This document shows positions 46,898-56,406 of a stretch of 64,000 nt of DNA, in pieces. Within the stretch, counting starts at the first letter, position 1; each line of letters begins with the position of its first letter. The notes below the pieces were generated by a model. That model did no database searches. It saw only the letters and a list, made by a program, of their open reading frames with translations, and was not told where the DNA came from. The DNA comes from Pseudomonadota bacterium (GTDB lineage: Bacteria > Pseudomonadota > Alphaproteobacteria > MPNO01 > UBA830), in NCBI GenBank assembly GCA_036136335.1, contig JAYZQT010000032.1, forward strand, positions 123,038-187,037. Direction: 5' to 3'. Both the position numbers and the translations under genes were made by a program.

Positions 46898-48346
46898 TCA
46901 GTACCCCTCGGGTGGAACGAAGGCCTGATAGTATCTTTCGAGTAATCCGGCGAAATGGATGCAACTCCGGTCTCCGTACTGTGGGCCCACGATCTGCACT
47001 CCTAAAGGGAGTTTTTCTTCAGTAAAGCCAATTGGCGCCACAGTTGTTGGGAGGTAACTGCAGTTTGCGGGTCCTACAATAGAGGTCTGGTTCATGAAGG
47101 GTTGCATTGTGGAATCTACAGGTACCAGGCGTTCGTACGGTGGAGTTTCACTGTGCTCAAACGCGGCCGAGAATGCTGATGGCATTAACAACAGGTCGTA
47201 CTGTTGAAAGAATTCGTGCCATTTCCAGCGAATTCTGTGTCGCGCTTCGTTAAGGGTTGACCAGTCACGATGGGATAGCGTGACGCCCCGCAGCATCCGC
47301 GCCCATTTGCTGTCGTCTGATTGATCCAGCGTATTGCGCTCCGCAACATTCCTCTCAAATTCCCCGTCTGTTTGTCGGCCCGAAGTTGTCGCTCTCAGCA
47401 AAATGTCGAACACCCGGTGAGCCTCAGCTATATCAAAATCCGGCCGCGCGCCAATGTCGACTTTGGCTCCACTGTTTTTAAGAAAATCTGCCAGCTGCTG
47501 CTGCAAGTCGCGCACTTCGCGTGCGAGCGGTATGGTCTCATCCTCTACGAGGATGGAGATCTTGAATTCGTCCAGACGTTTCTTGCGTGACACCGGCAGG
47601 TTAATTCGCAAACCGGCGGTATCGATTTCATCCAGACCCAAAATTGCTGAAAGACCCAAGGCTAGGTCGGCAGCGCTTCTGGCAAGTGGTCCGATGACCA
47701 GCATATCGATCGGCGCCAGGTTTTGATCCAGAGTGTGCCCAAGTGTCGCACAGATACCCTGTGTCGGCTTGTGACCGTAAACCCCGCATAGGGCGGCTGG
47801 ATTTCTGATCGAACCCGCTATATCGCTGCCCATTTCAATACCGGTAAGCCCAGCAGCCAGTGCGGCCGCGGATCCGCCTGATGATCCCCCGGGTGTACGG
47901 CCGGGGTTCCAGGGGTTTCGCGTCCGGCCGTAAATCGAATTGAAACTTTGACAGTCGGCGAGCCACATCGGGATATTTGTTTTTCCGAAGATGATGGCTC
48001 CCGCATCCTGCAGGCGCTTTACGGAAAGCGCATCTGACGTGGCGATATTGTCTTTCTGGGCCGGGACACCCCATGTGGTCGGGAGGCCCTTAACATCAAA
48101 GGAATCCTTTACGGTCATGGGAACCCCGTGAAGTGGCCCCCAACGCTCGTTACGGGAAAGGGCCTGATCTGCGGCGCGTGCCTGTCCTCGTGCTTTCTCC
48201 ACTTTAGTGCCGATAACAGCGTTCAGATCGGGGTTGAACCGGTCAACCCGTTCCAGATAGTGATCAAGAATTTCCAGACATCCCACCCTCCGTTTCTGTA
48301 TCAGTTTTGCGAGGCGCTTCGCCGACGAAAAGGCGATATCTGACAT
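46898..48346 (-). CDS. amidase-signature family amidase
   Basis: It has the signature GGSSGGSAAALAAG...GSDIAGSIRNPAA with the catalytic Lys context (HGVPMTVKDSF). Confidence 0.9.
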   Translation of the reverse strand: MSDIAFSSAKRLAKLIQKRRVGCLEILDHYLERVDRFNPDLNAVIGTKVEKARGQARAADQALSRNERWGPLHGVPMTVKDSFDVKGLPTTWGVPAQKDNIATSDALSVKRLQDAGAIIFGKTNIPMWLADCQSFNSIYGRTRNPWNPGRTPGGSSGGSAAALAAGLTGIEMGSDIAGSIRNPAALCGVYGHKPTQGICATLGHTLDQNLAPIDMLVIGPLARSAADLALGLSAILGLDEIDTAGLRINLPVSRKKRLDEFKISILVEDETIPLAREVRDLQQQLADFLKNSGAKVDIGARPDFDIAEAHRVFDILLRATTSGRQTDGEFERNVAERNTLDQSDDSKWARMLRGVTLSHRDWSTLNEARHRIRWKWHEFFQQYDLLLMPSAFSAAFEHSETPPYERLVPVDSTMQPFMNQTSIVGPANCSYLPTTVAPIGFTEEKLPLGVQIVGPQYGDRSCIHFAGLLERYYQAFVPPEGY

Positions 48347-48479
48347 TTGCTGTTCCTTTGGGTTTTATAGCAGTAGTTACCAAAACTACATCACATCTCG
48401 CCCACCTCTGTCGATACTTGCATTAAAGGATCGGATGTGAGGAAACTTGTGCAAAATCGATTTATGAAAGGAAACGTGT

Positions 48480-50117
48480 TTGGCGAATGTATTTCAACCA
48501 TTTGACTACGACGAAGCGCGATCTGGGTTTTCGTTATCCGTACCCAAAGACTTCAATTTTGCCTACGACGTTGTTGGCAAGCGTGCCACTGAAAATGACA
48601 AAACTGCGCTTATCTGCGTTGACCGGACCGGTGAGAATGCTGTTCGCCACAGCTATTCGGATCTCGACCGGATATCCAACAGGTTTGCCAATGCACTGAT
48701 TACTCTTGGTGCTGAAAAAGGTGATTTTGTTTTTGTAATGATCCCCAGGATCGTGGAGTGGTACCAGGTTCTTCTGGGTTGTACCAAAACCGGTCTGGTT
48801 GCCATGCCTGGCACAAATTTACTCACCGCCAAGGACATCGAATACCGGGTTAAACGGTCGGATGCGCGGCTTGCGGTGGTAACCGAAGAACACGCCCACA
48901 AAGTAGAACAGATTGTGGATAACTGCCCCTCGCTCGAATATCTGATCCTTATTGGCGCACCACGCGAAGGCTGGACTGGCATGGAAACCATGTGCGCTGC
49001 CGAGCCTGACACCGTGGATCGTGGCGCGATGCCGGTAACATACGCGGACGACCTGATGCTGGTCTATTTCACGTCAGGTACGACACAGATGCCAAAAATG
49101 GTTGGTCGTGACCATGGCTACGCTCTCGCACATTCTATCACTGGCGATTACTGGATGGGGCTGACAGAAAAAGACATCCACTGGACTTTGACCGATACGG
49201 GTTGGGCGAAGGCTGCCTGGGGTCTCCTGTACCCACCACTCCTCGCAGGCGCGACAGTACTGCTATACGACGGAGAGGGCTTTGATGCTGACATCCACCT
49301 TCGGCTCATATCAGAACACGGCGTTACAACCTTTTGCGCTCCGCCCACCATTTACCGGTTGCTCGCCCAGATGGACCTTTCTGAGGCGAATTTCTCGTCC
49401 CTGCGACATTGTTTTGGTGCCGGGGAGCCGCTCAATCCCGAGGCGATGAGAGCGTGGAAGAAAGCGACAGGTTGCGAAATTTATGATGGATATGGTCAGA
49501 CAGAAACTATCAATATCGTGGCAAATTTTCCTGGCATGAAGATACGGCCCGGGTCGATGGGCAGGCCAGTACCTGGTATTAAGGTTGATATTATTGATGA
49601 TCAGGGAAATGTTCTGGGAGATGGTGAAGTCGGTCATATTGCGGTCCGTCTCACCGACCCCTGGCCACCGGGACTTTTTCATGGATATTTCCGGGACGAT
49701 GCGGAGACCGACAAGGCATTCCGCAATGGGTGGTACTACACGGGCGACACTGCCACCCGCGACACAGACGGCTATATTTGGTTTGTCGGACGGTCCGACG
49801 ACATTATTTCATCAGCCGGGTACCGGATCAGTCCTTTCGAGGTAGAAAGCGCATTGATTGAACATGATGCGGTCTTAGAATCGGCGGTCGTCGCTAAACC
49901 CGACGAGGTACGTGGTGAAATCGTGATGGCTTATATCACCCTTGCGCCCGGCTTCGAGGCTTCCCCAAGTTTGTCAGACGACATTCAGGATTTTGTCAAG
50001 AAGCAGACCGCGCCCTACAAATACCCGCGTGCCATTGAATTCCGGGATGTTTTACCCAAAACTATTTCGGGCAAGATCCGGCGCGTCGTGTTGCGCGAGG
50101 AGGCGGCTAAAAAATAA
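48480..50117 (+). CDS. AMP-forming acyl-CoA synthetase (medium-chain / ACSM-like)
   Basis: The motifs YFTSGTTQMPKMV, GYGQTE, YYTGDTATRDTDGYIWFVGRSDD and SGKIRR are present. The start codon is TTG. Confidence 0.9.
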   Translation: MANVFQPFDYDEARSGFSLSVPKDFNFAYDVVGKRATENDKTALICVDRTGENAVRHSYSDLDRISNRFANALITLGAEKGDFVFVMIPRIVEWYQVLLGCTKTGLVAMPGTNLLTAKDIEYRVKRSDARLAVVTEEHAHKVEQIVDNCPSLEYLILIGAPREGWTGMETMCAAEPDTVDRGAMPVTYADDLMLVYFTSGTTQMPKMVGRDHGYALAHSITGDYWMGLTEKDIHWTLTDTGWAKAAWGLLYPPLLAGATVLLYDGEGFDADIHLRLISEHGVTTFCAPPTIYRLLAQMDLSEANFSSLRHCFGAGEPLNPEAMRAWKKATGCEIYDGYGQTETINIVANFPGMKIRPGSMGRPVPGIKVDIIDDQGNVLGDGEVGHIAVRLTDPWPPGLFHGYFRDDAETDKAFRNGWYYTGDTATRDTDGYIWFVGRSDDIISSAGYRISPFEVESALIEHDAVLESAVVAKPDEVRGEIVMAYITLAPGFEASPSLSDDIQDFVKKQTAPYKYPRAIEFRDVLPKTISGKIRRVVLREEAAKK

Positions 50118-50121
50118 AGTG

Positions 50122-51666
50122 TTACTGTGTGGTGGCATCCCCTGCATCGTCCAGGGTGTATAATTTGCGCCTGAGAATTTTGCCTGTGGAGGTCGTGGGT
50201 AATTCTGGAACGAACTGCACTTCCCGTGGCACCTTGTAGGCAGCTAGATGCTCACGGCAATGTTTCTGTATTTCTTCAGTCGTTGCGGTTTCACAGGGCT
50301 TGAGAACCACATACGCCTTCGCTATCTCGCCTTTTTCCGGGTCAGGCTTGGCACCGGCGCCCACCATCGCTACCGCCGGATGGCCGGAAATCACACGTTC
50401 AATTTCTGCAGGGTAGACATTGTACCCTGCTGTCAGGATCATGTCTTTCTTGCGATCGACCACATATACATATCCCTCATCGTCCATCCTGGCGAGATCT
50501 CCTGAATGGAGCCAGCCGTCGGGCTCAATGGTTTCTTTGGTGGCTTGCTCGTTACCGAAATATCCCATCATGACCAGCGGTCCGGCGATCATGAGTTCTC
50601 CCACCTCACCGTTGGCGAGGGTTTTTGACGCATCGTCAGGGTCTGCAATGCGGGCGCGGACATAAAGCATTTCCACCCCAACCGAACCGAGCCGGTTCTC
50701 TCCATATGAATGTTGCATGACCCCGGGACCTGCCAGTTCGGTCATGCCCCAGAGCTCCAGCAAGGGGCATCCTACCTTGAATTGCCATTCCTCGGATTTC
50801 ACGGCTGGCATCGTCTGTCCGCCGACCACGGCGCGGGTGAGCGACGACAAGTCGTATTTTTCGAATTCCGGATGTGCAAGGATAAATAGATACATGGTCG
50901 GCACGCCGTCCATTACGGTTGCACCGTGGGTCTGAATTGCCTTCATAAGATCAACGGCATCGAACCGTTCCATCAGTACGAAAGTGCTGCCGAACATAAA
51001 GCACAGGTTCATTACTGCGGCGCCATAAACGTGGGCACAAGGCAGGGCTGTTACCTGAATGTCTTCAGCAACGCGCATATTCATCGCGGCAGTCATGGCA
51101 GCATTGAGAACTACATTACGATGACTCAACATGGCCCCTTTGGGAAAGCCTGTTGTGCCGGAGGTGTAGCAGATGGTTGAAAGAGAGGTCGCTTCAACCT
51201 CTGCCGAGTCAAAAGTGTCACCAGCATCCGCGATCATTTTACCAAAGGACATTGCCCCCTCCGGAGCTTCCTCACCGAAAGTAATAATTTCCTTGAGTTT
51301 TTTTTCGTGTTTGAGATGCATAATCGGCTTGGCTCTGTCACTCGTGGTGAACAGGATCCTTGCGCCGCAATCCTCCACCACATAGCCCACCTCGTCCGGC
51401 GTTAGCATGACATTGATGGGGTTCAGAATCGCACCAGTCTTTGCTATACCGTAGTAGGACACAACCCATTCCCACCCGTTCTGGGCATACAAGGTGACGG
51501 GATCACCCGGGCCAATCCCCAGAGCTGCCAGGCTGTTGGCGACCCGATTACTTAATCTGTCCAGCTCCGCGAACGAAAAGGACCGCTCACCGAAAACGAG
51601 TCCTGTTTTGTCCCCAAATATTTTAGCTGTCTCCGGAAGAATGGTTCCGATGGTTTTGTGGAGCAC
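50122..51666 (-). CDS. AMP-dependent acyl-CoA ligase (FadD-like)
   Basis: The motifs ICYTSGTTGFPKGAM, WGMTE, HSGDLARMDDEGYVYVVDRKKD and TGKILRR are present. The start is taken at GTG 51666, which follows the RBS GGGAGA and removes the overlap with the MBL gene. The ORF-track start is 51765. Confidence 0.9.
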   Translation of the reverse strand: MLHKTIGTILPETAKIFGDKTGLVFGERSFSFAELDRLSNRVANSLAALGIGPGDPVTLYAQNGWEWVVSYYGIAKTGAILNPINVMLTPDEVGYVVEDCGARILFTTSDRAKPIMHLKHEKKLKEIITFGEEAPEGAMSFGKMIADAGDTFDSAEVEATSLSTICYTSGTTGFPKGAMLSHRNVVLNAAMTAAMNMRVAEDIQVTALPCAHVYGAAVMNLCFMFGSTFVLMERFDAVDLMKAIQTHGATVMDGVPTMYLFILAHPEFEKYDLSSLTRAVVGGQTMPAVKSEEWQFKVGCPLLELWGMTELAGPGVMQHSYGENRLGSVGVEMLYVRARIADPDDASKTLANGEVGELMIAGPLVMMGYFGNEQATKETIEPDGWLHSGDLARMDDEGYVYVVDRKKDMILTAGYNVYPAEIERVISGHPAVAMVGAGAKPDPEKGEIAKAYVVLKPCETATTEEIQKHCREHLAAYKVPREVQFVPELPTTSTGKILRRKLYTLDDAGDATTQ

Positions 51667-51718
51667 CGTATTTCTCCCAAGGTGTGGCCTGTTCTTTAAC
51701 CGTATGATAACGAATTTG

Positions 51719-52600
51719 TCACGCTGTAAACGCGAAATCGAATGCGTTGCCGTGCCTGCACACATGTCCGACAGAGGGGGAGGGAAAATGACCCGTCATC
51801 ACCAGCGTTTCGGTTTCGCAATACCGGTCCAGAAATGTTTTACGTGACTTTGCGGACTGAATTCGGTCTGAGCAACCGACGGCACTCCAGTGTGGTTCTC
51901 TGCACTGAACAGGTGTATGCGCGACATCGCCAGAAATAATAGCGTTTTTGCCGCCGGAGTTTAGGGCAATGCTGACGTGACCCGGCGTATGGCCGGGTGT
52001 AGGCTCAAACCAAACCTGATTGTTGAATGCGTAATTATCTTCAACAATTTCTGCCTGGTTTGCTTCGATTACTGGCAGAACACTGTCATCAATGCACCCA
52101 TCCGAATATTTTTTTCCCTTCCTGTTTACCTCTGACCAAAACTCAAACTCCGTCTTTGCAAAAACGTAGCGTGCGTTCGGGAATGTAGGGACCCAGCGGC
52201 CGTCGACCAGACGCGTGTTCCATCCAACATGATCAGCGTGCAGGTGCGTACATAATACGAAGTCGATATCGTCGACTGAGCAGCCGATTGACGCAAGATT
52301 TTCCAGATACCTGCTACCTGACCGCCTCGACCAGGGGGCATAGAACCGACGTTCTTTATCATTCCCCACGCATGAATCTATCAAGATCGTATGATTTTGG
52401 GTTTTCAGGACATAGGATTGCGTAGCCATGATTAGCCGGTTGGTTCCGGGTTCAAGGAACCGCGGTTCCATCCAGTCACGATGGGCGTCGATCTCCAGCG
52501 GGGCGGCGTCGGGAAGAAGAAAGTCGATTTTGAATTCCGGTCCTTCCGTTTCAATGATCCTGTGCCATGTGATTTGACCGATAATACCGCCGAAATTCAT
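51719..52600 (-). CDS. MBL-fold metallo-hydrolase (lactonase-like)
   Basis: The HxHxDH motif CTHLHADHVGW is present, with downstream TPGHTPGH and GDVAHTP blocks. The protein is 293 aa. Confidence 0.8.
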   Translation of the reverse strand: MNFGGIIGQITWHRIIETEGPEFKIDFLLPDAAPLEIDAHRDWMEPRFLEPGTNRLIMATQSYVLKTQNHTILIDSCVGNDKERRFYAPWSRRSGSRYLENLASIGCSVDDIDFVLCTHLHADHVGWNTRLVDGRWVPTFPNARYVFAKTEFEFWSEVNRKGKKYSDGCIDDSVLPVIEANQAEIVEDNYAFNNQVWFEPTPGHTPGHVSIALNSGGKNAIISGDVAHTPVQCREPHWSAVGCSDRIQSAKSRKTFLDRYCETETLVMTGHFPSPSVGHVCRHGNAFDFAFTA

Positions 52601-52775
52601 TTTCTTTATCTCCCGATGAGGACGTCACTTTACAGCGATTGGAGTTTTTGTCATTCAATCGTCATTAGGTGAAGGCCGGTTTTACCAACTGACTTTCTGG
52701 ATCCTTTTGCACCGCACGACCCTGTGGTTTATTCTGCGCTCACGAGGCTGCCTTTACTGGAGATATAACAGACCC

Positions 52776-53765
52776 ATGCGTGCCGTTGTCATTACCGATA
52801 CCTCAAATCGTGGAGTTTCGATTCGGGAGGTGGCAGATCCCCTACCGGGTGATACAGAGGTCCTGATTGAGGTAAAAGCGTGCGGTGTTAATTTTACCGA
52901 CCTGCTATCGCTTGATGGCAAATATCAGAATAATCCCGACCCTCCGTTTACACCCGGTAAAGATGCCGCGGGGATCGTTTCCGCTGTGGGTAATGATGTA
53001 ACCAGTCACAAAGCGGGCGATCGTGTAATAGCGCATGTAATTCACGGCGCGATGGCGACAAAGGCCGTGTGTCCGGCGACACTTGCATTCCCACTCCCCG
53101 ACAGCGTGAAATTTGAAACAGCGGCAGCGATGGGGCTCGCCTATCTTACCGGCTACCTCGCACTTTCCCGCCGTGGCCAGTTGAAGGCAGGCGATGCGGT
53201 GCTGATTAACGGTGCGTCGGGCGGCGTTGGCCTGGCTTCTGTCAGTCTCGCAAAGGCGCTGGGTGCGGGAACTGTTCTTGCTGGTTTGACTACCCCATCC
53301 AAGGCCGGGCGCGTTATCGAGGCGGGCGCAGATGCGGTCATTGATCTGTCCGTCGAAGACCTCAAAAGTAACCTGAGACAGCAGGTGATGACGGCGACCA
53401 ACCGGCGGGGCATTGATCTGGTATTTGACCTGGTTGGCGGGGAGGTTTTTGACGCTACCCTGCGGGTCATTGCGAACGAAGGACGGGCGGTGGTTTCGGG
53501 TTTCACATCCGGAACAATACCGGCGGTACGCACAAACTATCTGCTTTTGAAAAATATTGCAGTTGTCGGCTCGACCATCAATTACTACATCAAACAGGGT
53601 TCTCCGCTGGTTGGCGAAGCGCAGTCCGCGCTCTTTGAATTGTTGGATGCTGGAAAAATCGATCCGAACATCATGGTCCGCCTGCCATTTGAGAAATATA
53701 TGGACGGGATCAAGTTGTTGGAGGACCGCAAAATTATCGGGAAAGCTGTGTTGCTGATGGATTAG
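52776..53765 (+). CDS. MDR-family NADPH:quinone oxidoreductase / zeta-crystallin-like
   Basis: It contains MRAVVI, KACGVNFTDL, the NADPH motif INGASGGVGLA and a terminal GKAVLLM. The start is taken at ATG 52776. Confidence 0.85.
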   Translation: MRAVVITDTSNRGVSIREVADPLPGDTEVLIEVKACGVNFTDLLSLDGKYQNNPDPPFTPGKDAAGIVSAVGNDVTSHKAGDRVIAHVIHGAMATKAVCPATLAFPLPDSVKFETAAAMGLAYLTGYLALSRRGQLKAGDAVLINGASGGVGLASVSLAKALGAGTVLAGLTTPSKAGRVIEAGADAVIDLSVEDLKSNLRQQVMTATNRRGIDLVFDLVGGEVFDATLRVIANEGRAVVSGFTSGTIPAVRTNYLLLKNIAVVGSTINYYIKQGSPLVGEAQSALFELLDAGKIDPNIMVRLPFEKYMDGIKLLEDRKIIGKAVLLMD

Positions 53766-53794
53766 ATGCCCGGCAGGCGAGACAGGGAGTTACA

Positions 53795-54928
53795 ATGACT
53801 GGCATCGGGCCTAACGTCGCTATAATTGGTGCGGGTATCGGCGGCCTTGCTGCCTCTGCCTGTCTCAGAAAAATTGGTCTGGAAACAACAATCTATGAAC
53901 AGGCACCGGCGTTTTCACGCATAGGTGCCGGCGTCCAGATGAGCCCGAATGCGATGCGGGTTCTTTATGGCATTGGAGTAGGGGAGCTTGTCCGCTCAAC
54001 AGCCTTTGAACCACCTCACTGGCGGAACCGGGATTTTGATACGGGCCAGATGTCAAACGAGCATCCGCTCGGTCCCGATGCACACGGTCGCTACGGTGTG
54101 CCGTATCTCTTGATGCATCGCGGTGACCTGCATGCTGCGCTGCACGGAGCGGTTCCAGACACGACCATTCGTTACGGACACAAACTGGCGGGCATTAATC
54201 AATCCGATGCAGGCGTGGTGTTGAGTTTTGAGAATGGTGAGAATTGCAAGGCTGATGCAGTTATAGCATCGGACGGTGTGCACTCGCCGGTGCGGGAGTG
54301 GATGCTTGATGCCGAGGCGCCTCATTTCACTGGCCGACTGGCCTATCGAACCGCGTTTTCGACCGCATTTCTTAATGGTTACGAGATTATGGATGATAGT
54401 GTGAAATGGTGGGGACCCGACCGGCATATTGTCATCTATTATGTCACCGCAGCCCGGGATGAGGTCTATTTCACGACCAGTCAGCCAGAACCAGGGTTTA
54501 AGGTCGAATCGTGGTCGGAGAAAGGCGACGTGAGTGAGCTATGCGACGCGTTTTCCGACTTTCATGAAGACGTGCGAATGGTTTTGGGTTCTTGCCCCAC
54601 GGTGCACAAGTGGGCAATTTTTGAACGTGATCCGTTGCCGGCGTGGAGCGATGGGAACGTAACGCTGATGGGGGATGCCTGCCATCCAATGACCCCCTAC
54701 ATGGCACAAGGGGCTGCCAACGCGCTTGAGGATGCCGTTATTCTGTCCCGGTGTCTCGCTAATCATGGAACCGATGATTTTGGGAGAGCATTCAAACGTT
54801 TTGAAGCCGCGCGCAAGCCGCGGACCAGCAGAATTCAGGCGACCTCCCACCGCAACGAATTCATGCGCAAACAAACCGATCCGGATTGGGTGTACGGGTA
54901 CGACGCCTGGACCGTCGAGCTGCCTTAG
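53795..54928 (+). CDS. FAD-dependent aromatic monooxygenase (salicylate / 3-hydroxybenzoate hydroxylase-like, group A)
   Basis: It has the GxGxxG motif VAIIGAGIGGLAAS, the DG motif (SDGVHS), and GDACHPMTPYMAQGAANALEDA. Confidence 0.85.
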   Translation: MTGIGPNVAIIGAGIGGLAASACLRKIGLETTIYEQAPAFSRIGAGVQMSPNAMRVLYGIGVGELVRSTAFEPPHWRNRDFDTGQMSNEHPLGPDAHGRYGVPYLLMHRGDLHAALHGAVPDTTIRYGHKLAGINQSDAGVVLSFENGENCKADAVIASDGVHSPVREWMLDAEAPHFTGRLAYRTAFSTAFLNGYEIMDDSVKWWGPDRHIVIYYVTAARDEVYFTTSQPEPGFKVESWSEKGDVSELCDAFSDFHEDVRMVLGSCPTVHKWAIFERDPLPAWSDGNVTLMGDACHPMTPYMAQGAANALEDAVILSRCLANHGTDDFGRAFKRFEAARKPRTSRIQATSHRNEFMRKQTDPDWVYGYDAWTVELP

Positions 54929-56406
54929 TTATCTGTGTTCTGTCCGGCCGCCGCCACATGGCGCCCGGCGATGCGCCCTGAAGTAAATCCCCAACCAAGG
55001 TGGTGGCCGTGTCCTTCGAGCAGCAATCCGCCCTGGCCTGTGGATCCACCCGCATACAGGCCCGGAATTGGAATATCATTTGTTCCCAGTACCTGCAGGT
55101 TTTCATTAACAGCAAGCCCTCCATCGGTGGCCATGATATAGGCCTGCACCGGTCCAAGAGCAGTGAACGGCGGAACCATAAACGGCCGCCGGGTTTTTAC
55201 CGCGTCCGCCGAGTTGTAATCGGTTACTGATTTTTCGAGGGTGGCGGGGTTCACCCCAATTTGTTTGGCAAGGTCCGCAAGTGTTTCGGCCTGAAAGAAA
55301 ATGTCTGGTCTGTTACGCCGATAGTCGCTGAGATAGGCATAGGCAATACCCGGTGCCGTAGAGATGAAATAAGGCCAGGTTTCAAATTTTTCCGCCAGTG
55401 TGCCGTCCATCAGAACATAGGCTTCGCCCCCGGGTTGTGCAGGCATGTGATTGGAGGGGCTTTCTGTCTCGTCTGCAAACCTTTCACCAACTCGGTTTAT
55501 CAATAAGGCACCGTGGCGATAAAGATCGAGCGAGGGCATCAAGGCCGTGGTTAGGAACCCAAGTACAAATGGTCGCAGGATCCGCGCGGGCAGATGGTCT
55601 ATCCCCCAATGGACAACCCGCGCCAGCCAGTTCCAAGGCGGCAAGCGGCGGACCAGGGTAATTTTTTCCGGTGGCCGGAACCGAATTTCGGGACCCAGGG
55701 CCACATCTCCGTTGATCACGCGACCCCCTAAAGCCGCCACAGGCTCGTGCCAGTCACCGGTGCTGGAAGAGTTAAACCCGTCTATACGGGCCATTTCGGG
55801 CGGCATATAACGCTGTTTCAGAAGTGTGTTTGAGGAAAAGTCACCTGCAGCAAGCACAACACCTTTCTCCGCAACAATTGATTCATTACCCACAACCACA
55901 CCCCTGACACGACCATTTTCGACGATCAGGTCTCTCATCGGGCTTGAAACCCTGATCTCCACACCCAGCCTCGACGCATGTTTGGAGAGACGATGGATGA
56001 GCATTCGTGAATTTGGAAGGATATTGTGCATGCGCGGCTGCGTGTGCGGTGGTTCCGGCATCGGCCCGTAAAATACAAGTCCGAGGCCCAGCAGCCAGTC
56101 AAATGTAGGCGGGGTGTTATCTACCAGCAGGCGCCGCAACTTTCGGTTATCACGCTCTTTGAGATGGTCGCCCTGGAACAATTCCATGTCTTCGTAATGC
56201 TGGTCTGGGTTATCGGAGATGCCTGCGCGCCGCTGATGTGGTGAAGAACTGGTTGTAATCGAGCCTACCGACCAGCCGGATGTGCCACCCAGGACCGGCT
56301 TCTTTTCGATCATCAGAGTTTTTGCACCGTTCTCCGAGGCGGTGATCGCTGCTGCAAGTCCTGCACTGCCGCTGCCGACGACGATAACGTCGTATGTCAT
56401 GGACAC
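54925..56406 (-). CDS. FAD-binding_2 flavoprotein (fumarate reductase / KstD-like dehydrogenase)
   Basis: It contains YDVIVVGSGSAGLAAA...E..P.LGGTS and a C-terminal GLYAGGSTGQGG block. The protein is 493 aa. Confidence 0.8.
   Translation of the reverse strand: MSMTYDVIVVGSGSAGLAAAITASENGAKTLMIEKKPVLGGTSGWSVGSITTSSSPHQRRAGISDNPDQHYEDMELFQGDHLKERDNRKLRRLLVDNTPPTFDWLLGLGLVFYGPMPEPPHTQPRMHNILPNSRMLIHRLSKHASRLGVEIRVSSPMRDLIVENGRVRGVVVGNESIVAEKGVVLAAGDFSSNTLLKQRYMPPEMARIDGFNSSSTGDWHEPVAALGGRVINGDVALGPEIRFRPPEKITLVRRLPPWNWLARVVHWGIDHLPARILRPFVLGFLTTALMPSLDLYRHGALLINRVGERFADETESPSNHMPAQPGGEAYVLMDGTLAEKFETWPYFISTAPGIAYAYLSDYRRNRPDIFFQAETLADLAKQIGVNPATLEKSVTDYNSADAVKTRRPFMVPPFTALGPVQAYIMATDGGLAVNENLQVLGTNDIPIPGLYAGGSTGQGGLLLEGHGHHLGWGFTSGRIAGRHVAAAGQNTDN

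Noticed and set aside
51667-51765. A 33-codon N-terminal extension of the acyl-CoA ligase that overlaps the MBL hydrolase gene.
   Set aside because: An internal GTG at 51666 has the RBS GGGAGA and gives a normal ligase N-terminus (VLHKTIGTILPET...). The extension (MCAGTATHSISRLQRDKF...) is not ligase-like.
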